From: Eledone cirrhosa
Taxonomy: Eukaryota
Assembly: GCA_964016885.1 (NCBI GenBank)
Contig: OZ024741.1
Span: forward strand, 276,396,001 to 276,460,000
DNA length: 64,000 nt
Reading direction: 5' to 3'
Shown here: piece after piece, positions 11,800 through 24,792 of the stretch
How positions within the stretch are numbered: the stretch's first letter is position 1
Layout: each line of letters starts with the position of its first letter
The notes under the pieces: generated by a model
Databases searched by the model: none
What the model was told of the DNA's origin: nothing
The model's input: only the letters and a program-made list of their open reading frames with translations
Program-made: the position numbers and the translations under genes

Positions 11800-13575
11800 G
11801 TGGTAGTGTGGGAAGGGGTTAATTGTAGTTGTTGTGATGTGGTAGTGTTGCTGGTATTGGGGGATGTAGTGGTGATAATAGTATTGGTGGCAGTGGTGAT
11901 GATAATGTTGGTGGTAGTGGTAATGATAGTGTTGGTGACAGTGGTGGTGGTAGTGATGATAATGTTGGTGGTTGTGGTAGTAGTGATGGTAGTATTGCTG
12001 GTTGTGGAGATGATAGTATTGCTGGTTGTGGAGATGATAGTGTTGGTGGTAGTGTTGGTGATAGTGGTAATGGTAGTGTTGGTGGTTGTGGAGATGGTAG
12101 TGTTGGTGGTTGTGGAGATGGTAGTGTTGGTGGTTGTGGAGATGGTAGTGTTGGTGGTTGTGGAGATGGTAGTGTTGGTGGTTGTGGAGATGGTAGTGTT
12201 GGTGGTTGTGGAGATGGTAGTGTTGGTGGTTGTGGAGATGGTAGTGTTGGTGGTTGTGGAGATGGTAGTGTTGGTGGTTGTGGAGATGGTAGTGTTGGTG
12301 GTTGTGGAGATGGTAGTGTTGGTGGTTGTGGAGACAGTGTTGGTGGTAGTGGTGACAGTGTTGGTGGTAGTGGTGACGGTAGTGTTGGTGGTAGTGGTGA
12401 CGGTAGTGTTGGTGGTAGTGGTGACGGTAGTGTTGGTGGTAGTGGTGACGGTAGTGTTGGTGGTAGTGGTGACGGTAGTGTTGGTGGTAGTGGTGACGGT
12501 AGTGTTGGTGGTAGTGGTGACGGTAGTGTTGGTGGTAGTGGTGACGGTAGTGTTGGTGGTAGTGGTGACGGTAGTGTTGGTGGTAGTGGTGACGGTAGTG
12601 TTGGTGGTAGTGGTGACGGTAGTGGAGGTGGTGGTAGTGGTGACAGTGTTGATGGTTGTGGAGGTGGCAGTAGAGGTGATAGTGTTGGTGGCAGGAGTGA
12701 TGGTAGTGTTGGTGGTTATGAAGATGGTAGTATTGGTAGTAGTGGAGGCGGCAGTAGAGGTGATAATGTTGGTGGTAGTATTGGTGGTAGTGGAGATGGT
12801 AGTAGAGGTGGTCGTGGAAGTGGAAGTGGTAGTATTGGTGGTAGTGGAGGTGGTAGTGGAGGTGGAGGTGGTGGTGGTGGTCGTGGTGGTAGTGGTGGTC
12901 GTGGTGGAGGTGGCAGTGGATGTGGCAGTAAAAGTGATAGTATTGGTAGTAGTGGAGGTGGAAGTAGAGGTGATCGTATTGGTGGTAATGGAGGTGGTTG
13001 TATTGGTGCTAGTGTTGGTGGTTGTATTGGTGGTTGTATTGGTGCTAGTGTTGGTGCTAGTGTTGGTGGTAGTGTTGGTGGTAGTGTTGGTGGTAGTGTT
13101 GGTGGTAGTGTTGGTGGTAGTGTTGGTGGTAGTGTTGGTGGTAGTGTTGGTGGTAGTGGAGGTGGTAGTGGAGGTGGTAGTGGAGGTGGTTGTGGAGGTA
13201 GCAGTAAAGGTGGCAGTAGAGGTGATATTATTAGTGGAAGTGGCAATAGAGGTGATAGTATTGGTGGTAGTGTAGGTGGCAGTAGAGGTGATAGTGTTGG
13301 TGGTAGTAGAGGTGGTAGTAGAGGTGATAGTGTTGGTGGTAGTGTAGGTGGTAGTAGAGGTGATAGTGTTGGTGGTAGTGGTGACGGTAGTATTGGTGGT
13401 AGTGGTGACGGTAGTATTGGTGGTAATGGAGGTGGTAGTGTAGGTGGCAGTAGAGGTGATAGTGCTGGTGGTAGTGGTGACGGTAGTGGAGGTGGTAGTA
13501 TTGGTGGTAATGGAGGTGGTAGTATTGGTGGTAGTGTAGGTGGCAGTAGAGGTGGTAGTAGAGGTGGTAGTGCTT
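11800..13575. repeat. Intronic GTN-triplet (GGT/AGT) low-complexity array with 24-bp sub-repeats
   Basis: Directly visible. Lies between HTT exons 11 and 12, which join in phase without it. Confidence 0.9.
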
Positions 13576-13838
13576 GGTATGATTTGAATTTTGAAATCTT
13601 GGAATCCAAACACAGAAATCTCTATAAATAATAACCCTTCCACATTTGGCACAAGGCCTGCAATTTAAAGGGAAAGGAAAAGTTGATTAAATCATCCCCA
13701 GTGCATTACTGGTACATTATTTTAATGACATCGTAATGATGAAAGGCAAAGTTAACTTCAGTTAAAAGTGAAAAAAAAATGAAATAAATTTAAAGAACAT
13801 GAAAGTAGCAAAAACACAATATTTCTCCAGATTCTTAC

Positions 13839-14041
13839 CTTAACGAGCCAGTATGGATTTGATATGATAGGCAGCAATTTAAGTAGAATATTTATACAGA
13901 GATCTGAGTGAGCAGAGAGCATAAGGTGAGACAAACAAACTTGAAGAGCAAGAAGGCCTTGCCGAGCTGCCATTGATGATTCATCTTCAATAATGTTCAA
14001 TATTATTTGAACAAGATCAACAACAGAAGGATATGATAATG
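13839..14041 (-). CDS. HTT: Huntingtin coding exon 11
   Basis: 203 nt. ...LNIIEDESSMAARQGLLALQVCL...ISNPYWLVK (human KDESSVTCK...NSSYWLVR). Confidence 0.93.
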
Positions 14042-14119
14042 CTGAAAGTCATGAAAATTAAGAAAACAGAATAAGTATGTTTTTTTTTTGGTTTTTTTTA
14101 TTAATCATTAGCAACAGCC

Positions 14120-14500
14120 AACAGTGACAACCAAAGGATGCAACCAACAAACACAACACAAAAGATGCAGTCCATAAGTGCAGCTAACAGTCAACGAAAA
14201 GTTGCAGTTAACAAGTGCAGCTATCAGTCAACCAAAAGATGCAGTCAATAAGTGCAGCTAACAGTCACAACCAAAAGATACAGTTAACAAGTGCAGCTAA
14301 CAGTCAACCAAAAGATGCAGTCAATAAATGCAGCTATCAAGTGCAGCTAACAGTCAAATAAAAGATGCAGCTAACAAGTGCAATCAACAAGTGCAGCTAA
14401 CAGTCAACCAAAAGATGCAGCTAACAAATGTAGCTAACAAGTGTAGCTAACAGTCACAAATAAAAGACAGTTAACAAGTGCAGCTAACAGTCACAACCAA
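14120..14500. repeat. Degenerate minisatellite (AAGTGCAGCTAACAGTCAACCAAAAGATGCAG)
   Basis: Directly visible. Confidence 0.8.
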
Positions 14501-15267
14501 ATGGTGCTGTCAATGAGTGATCACTATCCATTAGACCACTCGCACTCTGAGCCAACCCAACAAGCTTCCTCATAGTTTCTATCTTTCAAATTTCACTCAA
14601 GGTTTTTGTTGGCCCAGAAATATGGTAGAAGACTCCTGCCAAAAGTGCCATGCAGTAGGATTGAATTCAAAGCCACATGGTTGTGAAGTAAACTCCTTAC
14701 CTATGCAACTATTTTTGCATACCTTTGCCTATAGCTATACCTATGCCAGGAGCCATACATCTGCCTATAGCTATACCTATGCTAGGAGCCATACATCTGC
14801 CTATAGCTATACCACTGCCAGGAGCTATACCTATAGCAGAGTCGAGTCTAAGCTCACAATCTTACCAGATGACCAAGAAAAAAGGCACAGTTTGTTCCAA
14901 CTTGTTCACACCTCTGATGACTAAAGTATGTTTCATATTATATCCAAAGCTTCCAGTAACCTAACCACCCAGACATCTAGAGATGGGCTTTTGCAGCTTA
15001 GCATGAGAGCTGTGAGACATAGCAGCCAAATTCCCACAAATCCCACCATGCCATCTTAAGTAAAGAAGAATATAGTAAACAATGTAATCCTGGATATACA
15101 AAAAGATAGGAAAGCTCATAGCCAGAACACCTTTGATTATAGGTGTGCTCAATCAGAGCTAATTTAGAACTAAACAATAACATGAACCTACTTAAAATAA
15201 GGATCCTGCATCTACATGACATCTACAAAAAGAATTGCTATATAAGCAAACAGGTTACTACACAAAC

Positions 15268-15441
15268 CTTTCTCTGAGAGGGATGAACTGGTGTGCTCCA
15301 ACCACTTCTGGAAATTTCCTTGTCCTTCAACCAAAGCACTGCGGAGTAAATTAGCCACAATCATGGCAGTGTTTCCCTTTAACTGCGGATCAGGGTGGTT
15401 GGCATATAGTAATACATCACTTACATACTGACTTTCACGAC
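15268..15441 (-). CDS. HTT: Huntingtin coding exon 10
   Basis: 174 nt. RESQYVSDVLLYANHPDPQLKGNTAMIVANLLRSAL... (human [25 protein letters not shown]). Confidence 0.93.
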
Positions 15442-15989
15442 CTGAAAAATAGTTAAACAACACTTAGCATCAGCAGACAAAGAATAAACATTTAAAACAG
15501 CATACAAGGAGCCACCAATTCATTGAAACATTGAAAGAAATTCACTACCATTCAAACTCAATATTTTATATGTACCAAATGTTTAAAATGTTTCATCAAT
15601 TATGTGGTCGTGGTTGATAAGATGAAAAATAAGGAGTCAAACATAGCAGATATTTGACTGACTTATCTCCTTGGTTTATTACATCTGTAGTCTCAAAAAG
15701 ATGACACTTTATCTGCTTGACTTATCTCCTTGGTTTATTACATCTGTAGTCTTAAAAAGATAACACTTTATCTGACTGACTTATCTTGGTTTTTTACAAC
15801 TGTGGTCTTACAAAGATAACACCACAGCAATATTTTCCTAATCTTTCTTCACTAATACTTATCTCATTGGTTTATTACATCTGTCATTTTAAAAGGATAA
15901 CATCACAGCAATCCTATTTGTCTTATATAAAAATTAGCAATTTCCTTGGTATTATGAAACTGGCTGTGAACCATAAATATTTACTTACA

Positions 15990-17195
15990 GATTATTGATG
16001 GTTCACCTCAACCATACTGTTCAATACTGATGTAAACAGAGGTTATTGATAGTTCAACTCAACCATACTGTTCCATACTGATGTAAACAGAGGTTATTGA
16101 TAGTTCAACTCAACCATACTGTTCCATACTGATGTAAACAGAGGCTATTGATGGTTCACCTCAACCATACTGTTCCATACTGATGTAAACAGAGGCTATT
16201 GATGGTTCACCTCAACCATACTGTTCCATACTGATGTAAACAGAGGCTATTGATGGTTCACCTCAACCATACTGTTCCATACTGATGTAAACAGAGGTTA
16301 TTGATAGTTCAACTCAACCATACTGTTCCATACTGATGTAAACAGAGGCTATTGATGGTTCACCTCAACCATACTGTTCCATACTGATGTAAACAGAAGT
16401 TATTGATAGTTCAACTCAACCATACTGTTCCATACTGATGTAAACAGAGGCTATTGATGGTTCACCTCAACCATACTGTTCCATACTGATGTAAACAGAG
16501 GTTATTGATAGTTCACCTCAACCATACTGTTCCATACTGATGTAAACAGAGGTTATTGATGGTTCACCTCAACCATACTGTTCCATACTGATGTAAACAG
16601 AGGTTATTGATGGTTCACCTCAACCATACTGTTCCATACTGATGTAAACAGAGGTTATTGATGGTTCACCTCAACCATACTGTTCCATACTGATGTAAAC
16701 AGAGGTTATTGATGGTTCACCTCAACCATACTGTTCCATACTGATGTAAACAGAGGTTATTGATGGTTCACCTCAACCATACTGTTCCATACTGATGTAA
16801 ACAGAGGTTATTGATGGTTCACCTCAACCATACTGTTCCATACTGATGTAAACAGAGGTTATTGATGGTTCACCTCAACCATACTGTTCCATACTGATGT
16901 AAACAGAGGCTATTGATGGTTCACCTCAACCATACTGTTCCATACTGATGTAAACAGAGGCTATTGATGGTTCACCTCAACCATACTGTTCCATACTGAT
17001 GTAAACAGAGGCTATTGATGGTTCACCTCAACCATACTGTTCCATACTGATGTAAACAGAGGCTATTGATGGTTCACCTCAACCATACTGTTCCATACTG
17101 ATGTAAACAGAGGCTATTGATGGTTCACCTCAACCATACTGTTCCATACTAATGTAAACAGGGGTTATTGATGGTTCACCTCAACCATACTGCTC
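15990..17195. repeat. 51-bp tandem repeat, about 23 copies
   Basis: Unit GTTATTGATGGTTCACCTCAACCATACTGTTCCATACTGATGTAAACAGAG, highly homogeneous, no spacers. Confidence 0.97.
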
Positions 17196-17534
17196 AATAT
17201 TGCTTGTTTAAACCTTGATCCTCCTTTTCAGAGTAATATTTTGAAAAGAACCCTTTAGCGTTTACATTAGTCTATATTTATTATTGTATTTTCGTGGTAA
17301 TTATCTTACATAATATTGAATCTATGAGATTTTCATATTTATTATGAGAACAATATCTTAACATCAGTATGTACAGCTGGGTACAGCCAGTTTGAACAGA
17401 AATAGTGAGATAATTCTGGCCAGATACAGCCGGTTTAAATTCTAAAGGGCTAAAATCTTTATAAATATAGATTTTAAAAAAAACGCTAAAAACAAGCTTA
17501 AAAGAAAAACAGCTTAAATGAAAATCATACTTAC

Positions 17535-18347
17535 ATTGATGATTTTCAACAAACATATTGTGGAGCATGATTCGTGGAAATAAACAGACAGCATTGCTAA
17601 TAGTACCTAATGCTAATGTCTTTACACTGACACGTACAGTCTTGTCTGAAACTAAACTCTGGCGTGTGCCAGAGAGTAAGAACCGTCGACATAACAAACG
17701 TATACAGTAAACCAAAGGAACTTCTCCATCACAATAATAACCAACACCAGGTGGTACATCATCCACAACAACCACCACTGCAGGTATGGGAGATGGTGTT
17801 GCCGATTCACGTGAAGCCATATCTGTCACCAATGCATTATCATATTCTGGGTTCCCATTCAAGTCTTGGCTGACTCCTTTTTGCAATGGGGGCCGGTGTT
17901 TAGGGCTTAGGCTTTTGATGCTCAGCAATGTCTCTACACTGCTGCTATGAGAAAGGGTTGAGCGCTCAGATCGCTCTTCGTTCAAGTCACCAATTTCAAC
18001 ATTTGTGTAAGCGTTTTCCATCGTTATAATAACTGGATCAAGAGTAGTTTCACTGCAAGAGCCAATAGATGTTGCTCCGGCAGATTCTAAATCTGCTGTG
18101 AAAGATTCTTCACCGGGAAGTTCTTCATCAAGATCAGCATTGAAGGAGACATTGTTTGACTTATTGCTGCTACCACTCCTAACATTTGTACTCCCCACAT
18201 CATCCACTTGACCAGTAGACGAAGCAAAATCTGACGCAAAGCCAGATGAGTCTTCGGACGTTGTGATTTGGCTGTAAATTTCAACTGTTGACTGATCTTC
18301 CTCTAAACCGACATCATCACTGACAGATGGAAAACGCTCCAAACCAC
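17535..18347 (-). CDS. HTT: Huntingtin coding exon 9 (large acidic/Ser-rich disordered linker plus next HEAT segment)
   Basis: 813 nt open frame, phase 1/1. Ends in PLVYCIRLLCRRFLLSGTRQSLVSDKTVRVSVKTLAL, matching human [37 protein letters not shown]. Confidence 0.93.
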
Positions 18348-18393
18348 CTGAAATACAGAAATAAAATTTAATATCATAACGTGTATAGTCTAT

Positions 18394-19941
18394 TCATCAT
18401 CATCATCACTGTTTTACGTCCGTTCTTCCACGCTAGCATGGGTTAGACGGGTTGTCCTGTTGTGGGCAGTGTCTGGTCGGCTGACCATGCCTTGCTCATA
18501 CAGGAACTGATTTGGCTTGATTTCTACAGCTGGATGCCCTTCCTAACACCAACCTCATTTACAGTGAGTGCTGGGTGCTTTTTCGTGGCGCCTACACGTC
18601 CACTTTACAGTGTGGGCTGGGTGCTTTTTTGCTGTGGCACCTCCACGACCACCTTGCGGTGGGGGAAGTGGGGGCATATTGTCTATATGCTTCAGCTTGT
18701 ACCCATGGGAGGTCGGGTACTCTGTATTACTGCGTGACGCCAGAAGTCACGGTCGTGTGTCATTGCCTTTGAGAGGTGTAATTGGATAAGGTCGGCTTTT
18801 ATCACCTCATCCCAGGTCATCTTGGGTCTCCCCACTCCGCGGTTTCCATCAACTTCTAGTGCTCTGCACCTTTTTATGCAGCTGTCATCCTTCATACGCA
18901 TCACATGTCCATACCAGCGCAACCGCCTCTCCTGCACACAGCATTTGATTCCTCTTATGCTCAGTCTCTCTCTCAATTCATTTATGCTTTGTCGTTCACG
19001 TATATTACTGTTACACATCCATCGGAGCATGCAGGCTTCGTTTCTCTCTAATCTACGTAAGTCTTCCACCTTCAGCGCTCAGGTCTCACTACCATGCAAC
19101 ATCGCTGTTCGGATACACGCATCATACAGTCTGCCTTTCATTCTGAGGGAGAAGCCTTTTGCAGCTAGCAGTGGTAGTAGTTCCCTAAACTTCTTCCATC
19201 CCGTTCTTACCCTAGTTATTGTACTTTCTGAACACCCACCTCCGCTGCTAATACGGTCACCGAGGTAGCAGAAGCTGTCTACTGTTTCTACAGAGCCCTC
19301 CCAGAGTTTGGTGGTACTTGTTTCCTGTGGCTGTTTGCTGTCCCAGCACAGCTGCTGCATGTGAAGCCTACATTCTTAATTAAGCTTCCTGAGATCCCGC
19401 TACATCTCTTGTGTACCCATTGTTTGCATTTGGGGCAGAGAATGGAGTTCCTACCTACACCTTTCCTACATACTGAGCAAGTCATTTCCCTGAGGGGATC
19501 TGGATTCTGTTTTCTCGTCTACTTACAAGGACCTTAGTCTTTGTCATGTTGACTTTGAGACCCTTTCTTTCTAGTCCCTGCTTCCAAGTTTGGAATTTAT
19601 TCTCTAGTTCTACCATAAATTCAGCTATAAGTGCGAGGTCATCAGCATACAGGAGTTCCCATGGGCATCCGGTCTTAAACTCCGTTATTGCCTGCAGGAC
19701 TATGATGAACAGGAGGGGGCTAAGAACAGAGCCCTGGTGGACCCCAACCTGTACGCTAAATTCCTCGCTATACTCATTGCTAATCCTAACTTTGCTGACT
19801 GCTCCCCTATACATGGCTTGTACCGCTTTCACAAGCCATTCATCTACTCCTAGTTTTCTAAGAGCCCACCAGATTACAGCACGTGGAACTCTGTCAAAGG
19901 CTTTCTCAAGGTCGACAAATGCCAAGTAGAGTGGCTTACTT
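18394..19941 (-). mobile_element. 5'-truncated RTE LINE (frameshifted RT)
   Basis: AFVDLEKAFDRVPR, GVHQGSVLSPLLF, LLYADD, YLGD and [11 protein letters not shown] motifs across several frames, with a (GAT)n tail. Confidence 0.93.
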
Positions 19942-19986
19942 CTATTAATGACAGAAAATAATCAAGAATATGCAGGGATTTAGTAA

Positions 19987-20459
19987 TACAGTGGAGCATT
20001 GGTCAACGAACACCTCTCATCACAATCAATTCGGTTCACAATCAATTCGGTTCACAATCAATTCGGTTCACAATCAATTCGGTTCACAAACAATTTTTCC
20101 AAATATAAAACGGCTTGGTTCATGGACAGTGTCTTGTATAACAAACACACAAGACAGCAACAATGGTTGGCAACAAGCTTGGAGTATCGGCAGGAAAGTG
20201 CCACTAGCTGTGTAGTTAGTTACTATGGTGATATCTATCTGACTTTCACACAGTCACTCTCTCTCTCACTATATTTCTCTCTCAACCTTTCATATGGGAA
20301 AAATAGTTTCAGTTTGCAAACATAACAGGTGACAAACGGTCTTCAGGAACGAATGAAGTTCATGATCTGAGATTTCATTCGTTCCTGAAGACCGTTTGTC
20401 ACCCGTTATGTTTGCAAACAAACTATTTTTCCCATACGAAATGTTGAGAGAGAAATATA

Positions 20460-20495
<36 letters not shown>

Positions 20496-20563
20496 GAGAG
20501 ACTGTGTGAAAGTCAGATAGATATCACCATAGAATGAAGTTCATGATATGAGATTTCATTGTA
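19987..20563. mobile_element. pogo/Tigger-like MITE with an internal inverted duplication and a 16-bp tandem repeat
   Basis: TA-CAGTGGAGC..GGTCAACGAAC left end and ...GATTTCATTG-TA right end. About 20224-20357 is inverted at about 20374-20532. TCACAATCAATTCGGT occurs 4 times. Confidence 0.7.
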
Positions 20564-21108
20564 TAGCTTTCTCATTATATAAACTGGTATTAAAGGTATA
20601 ACAAAGGTTCTTACATAAAATCATGATGGAAGATTTTTAGATAAATATATCCACTTTAACCCTTTCAATAACATATTTCTAATGAAAGATACTGCTTATG
20701 ATTTTCAAATAATTTTTAAAACAATCAAGAATTTAGAGGCATTTAATAACATAACTAACTTTCTCATTATTAAGCTGGTGTTTGGAACATAACTTAAAGG
20801 TTCTTACATAAAATCACGATGGAAGGTTTTTAGATAAATATAAACACTAACCCTTTCGTCACCATATTTCTACTAACTTTTTCATTATTAAAACATCACA
20901 ACAAAGATTCTTAAATAATTTCATGATAGAAGGGATTTTTTTAAAATAAACAAACATTTATTATAAACAGTTTTGCATGATAGAGCAAGGAGCAGTTTCA
21001 GGAAATTTGGTATTGAAAGAAAGGGGCTAAAGGGTTTAAAAAACATTTAATAAGACATCAGTTTATTAGAGAGGTTGGGTTCAAGGATAAAACCAACCTG
21101 TAACTTAC

Positions 21109-21304
21109 TCTGAGTCCGAGGTCGTGTATAGACTGTGGTGAGATCGTTGGAGTAAACTGATGATCGTTTAATGGTGTTCTTGCTCACCAAAATGGGGATG
21201 AGCTGAGGTGGTGGGGTTTTAATCAGCTGATGGAGACCTTCAAGAGCAGCAGTGGCAACATTGTGGTCAGTATGACCAGTGAAGTATAACAACAACTCAT
21301 ATAC
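21109..21304 (-). CDS. HTT: Huntingtin coding exon 8
   Basis: 196 nt. VYELLLYFTGHTDHNVATAALEGLHQLIKTPPPQLIPILVSK..., matching human [35 protein letters not shown]. Donor A|gtaagt. Confidence 0.93.
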
Positions 21305-21334
21305 CTAAAATTATAGCATCGGTATTATAGTCTG

Positions 21335-21380
<46 letters not shown>

Positions 21381-21689
21381 TACATACATACATACATACA
21401 TACATACATACATGTAAACAACATGATATGAAATATATCGAATTATCAATTTGAAACGTTGAGTATGTATTTCACAGCAGTGGAAGGAACTCAAACACAG
21501 AAATAGCTATAAAAAAAGCCAGCTACTATAAATGATCATAACATGGAGAATCAGTTGAACAACCCCTTATGATCAGAAGAGTGATCAGAGAAGGAGAGAG
21601 GGAAGTGAAGAGAGGGTGAAAGGATGGAATATATAGCATGTGACGAGAAATATGTTGACATGGAGAAGTAAGAATGGAATATTAAAAAT

Positions 21690-22026
21690 ATAAACAATGA
21701 AAATTATTGTGTACAGTGCTCAGGTGCACTACAACTCATCAAAGGTGCACCTTTAATATATAGAATAATGTACAAATGTGAGGAAAGTGAACAGTGTATG
21801 AGTCATGATATACACAGATACACATACATGCAAGCATATGTATGGAGGGAGAATATCAGGTGGAGTGTTGGAGAATTTTGAGAAATATGGAAGTTTTGAG
21901 GGATGCAGTATCCTGACAGCTAACAACCGATGCAGGTAGTTTGTTCTATGCTTCAGCAACTTTGCGCATGAAAAAATGTTTCTGAAAGTCATGGGAGCTG
22001 TGCTGTTTTCTGATTTTGTAAGCATT
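21690..22026 (-). mobile_element. CR1/L2-type LINE 3' fragment
   Basis: Homologous to the 3' part of the 49118-49770 copy. Confidence 0.7.
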
Positions 22027-23019
22027 AGTGGAAAAAATTGAAAAGCATGGTTGAATAAGATATACAGTCAAAAACAGACAACAGCATCAGAAAATTATTA
22101 TTACCTAATCAGCTCTCTATTGTTTGCAATACTTTCTACATATCTCTTAAAATATCTACAATACCTAATCAGCTCTCGGCTATTTGCAATACTTTCTACA
22201 TATCTCTGCTATGGTAAACTGTCTACGATGCCTAATCAAGTCTATTGTTTACAATACTCTCTACATATCTCTGTTATGGTAAACTGTCTACAATACCTAA
22301 TCAGCTCTCTATTTGCAATACTTTCTACATATCTATGCTATGGTAAACTGTCTACGATGCCTAACTACAGTTAAATAATGTATTTTCTTGTTCACATATG
22401 GTTGGTGTTAGGAAGGGCATCCAGCTGCAAAATTCCCGGCCAAATTTACAGTCCTCGTCTGAGCAAGGTACGGCATGGCCAGACTTGTCTCCCAATATGG
22501 ACAACCCATCTAACCTATGCAAGCATGGAAAAATGGATGCTAAACGGTGATGATGATGATCTACAAACCCTGATAACTCAACTCAATACCAGTGTTTATT
22601 ATTTGCACTAGCTAAATAAAATAAGCGAGACTCAGTAAACACCTATTAGTACTTTACTGCTTGCTGTCTCAAATACAGCCTCCATCTCTCCTGCTCTCCC
22701 ATCTCTCATTATAAGCAAACTGGGGTTCCATGCGCTGGCCGCCACGCTGCCCTGGCAGACAGAATAGAGAAGGCGTTTCCTCAGAGGATGATGAGGGAGA
22801 GACATTGGAAGAGCCATTCCAGCTCTCACCTGCAGGTAACCAACTGTGTCGCTGGTGGTGAGAAGGGAGGTGGCCCTGGAGCCAAGAACACCGGAAGTCT
22901 CTACTAGCCACATGATTTTACATGGTACGGTAATTATATTCACATTTCGTATTTAAAATATGCTTGGATTAACTGGTATTCTATATTTTCCTACATTATA
23001 TTCAATATCGATTTGCTAC

Positions 23020-23390
23020 AGAATGAGGGAATCAAGCTTAAGAAGATGAAGGAAGGAAGCTAAAGGAGATATCTTACCTAAAGTATTTTCTACAGGATGA
23101 AAGAATCAAGCTTAAGGAGATCTCTTACCTGAAGTATTTGCAACAGGATGAAAGAATCAAGCTTAAGATCTCTTACCTGAAGTATTTGCAACAGGATGAA
23201 AGAATCAAGCTTAAGGAGATCTCTTTACCTGAAATATTTGCTAGAGAATGAGGGAATCAAGCTTAAGGAGATCTCTTACCTGAAATATTCGCTAGAGAAT
23301 GAGGGAATCAAGCTTAAGGAGATATCTTACCTGAAATATTTACTAGATAATGAGGGAATCAAGCTTAAGGAGATATCTTACCTGAAGGAT
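23020..23390. repeat. 51-bp minisatellite containing the exon 7 splice donor, about 7 copies
   Basis: The unit includes AAGCTTAAGGAGATATCTTACCTGAA, the reverse complement of TTCAG|GTAAGA. Confidence 0.9.
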
Positions 23391-23569
23391 TTGTCCTATA
23401 TTGACCTTCACATGTTTTTCACTGCTGCCTTTATGTACAAGACCAAAGCTTCCTTTCATACCAAGGTCCCTTTCAGGGCCAGTTAAATAAGGGATTAGGT
23501 TCCTGATTGCCAGAAGAACGCCAAGTAAATAATAGACTTCATGTTCTTCGTCAACAGGAAGAATTAAAT
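23382..23569 (-). CDS. HTT: Huntingtin coding exon 7
   Basis: 188 nt. (D)LILPVDEEHEVYYLLGVLLAIRNLIPYLTGPERDLGMKGSFGLVHKGSSEKHVKVNIGQILQ, donor CAG|gtaaga. Confidence 0.95.
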
Positions 23570-24080
23570 CTGTCAAAAAATGGAAAGGTTTGTATGTAAA
23601 CAGATGAATGGAAACACATATATCCAGATGTGAACAGGTGTGTGCATATGAAGTAAAGCATAGATATCCACAGGTAAGCATGTGTGTGAGTGAGTGTGTG
23701 AGTGAGTGAGTGTGTTCATTTGTTAATATATGTATTTGTGTTTCTTGAGCTCACAATCATAAGGTTGTGAGTTCAATTCCAGGAGCGAGACAGCATGGAG
23801 TAGTCAGAAGGTATAACATTATTTTGAAGACATTGTACACCCCTAACTATGGGTTAAATAGCTTCACCAACCCACAATTGGTCAAGTGTGGTAAGTATAT
23901 CTACACCCCTGACATGACTAGAAACCAAACAGAAAGCTATGGAGAAATTCCTCCAACAGGAGTGAAAAGGCCCTGGATTGCATAGTAGATCAAACAAATG
24001 ATGTAGAGACCCTCTCTGAGGCCGGTTCAGATATAAAATCAGTAGAAGACAGGTAAGAAAGGAATAGTACTAAGACTCAC

Positions 24081-24222
24081 CTAATAACATGACGAGCAAT
24101 CTGTTTATGAAAGATAAAGGATTATGTGAATGTTGACATATCAGTGAGAGACTTGAGGCTGCTGTACGCCGGGTTGATGCAGACGAAGACTTTAGGTTTG
24201 GTAGAAAACTCTTCAGCAATGC
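24081..24222 (-). CDS. HTT: Huntingtin coding exon 6
   Basis: 142 nt. ALLKSFLPNLKSSSASTRRTAASSLSLICQHSHNPLSFINRLLVMLL, aag acceptor, gtgagt donor. Confidence 0.95.
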
Positions 24223-24792
24223 CTTTACAAGAACAAAAGTGTTAAAAAGAAATAACCAGAATTATATCATAGCGTGCAAGGTAGACTTCATTATCTTTAT
24301 AATAATACTAAGTATATTATACAGTCCACACTGTAAATATGGTTGGCATTAGGAAGGGCATCCTGCTGTAAAAACCAAGCCAGAATCAATTCTGTATGAG
24401 CAAGACATGGTCAACTGACCTGGCTTGTCTCACAATAGAACAACTCATCTAACCCATGCTAGCATAGAAAAACAGATGTTAAACAGTGATGATGATTTAT
24501 ATAATGTATAGTGGCCTACACTGCAAAGTAGTGGTTTTGGTGCCACGACAGAAAGCACCCACTCCACACTGTAAAGTGGTCGTGTTGGTGACATGACAAA
24601 AAGCACCCAGCACACATTGTAAATGTGGTTAACGTTAGGAAGCACATCCAGCTGCTGAAACCAAGCCAGAGTCAGTTCTGTATGAGCAAGGCATAGTCAT
24701 CTGACATGGCTTGTCTCACAGCAGTACAACTCATCTAACCCATGCTAACGTGGAAAAATGGACATTAAAAAGTGGTGATGATAATGGTATAT

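Noticed and set aside
11763-13652. 629-aa Thr-rich (mucin-like) ORF and its 500-aa Val-rich antisense ORF
   Set aside because: Product of a stop-free triplet repeat. It lies in an HTT intron whose flanking exons join in phase, and it has no signal peptide or domain.
15990-17195. CRISPR-like regular array
   Set aside because: Contiguous tandem units with no unique spacers, in a eukaryotic intron with no cas genes.
17281-17534. C-terminal extension of the 353-aa ORF as a standalone gene
   Set aside because: Read-through past the exon 9 donor (T|gtaagt) into intron and MITE sequence.
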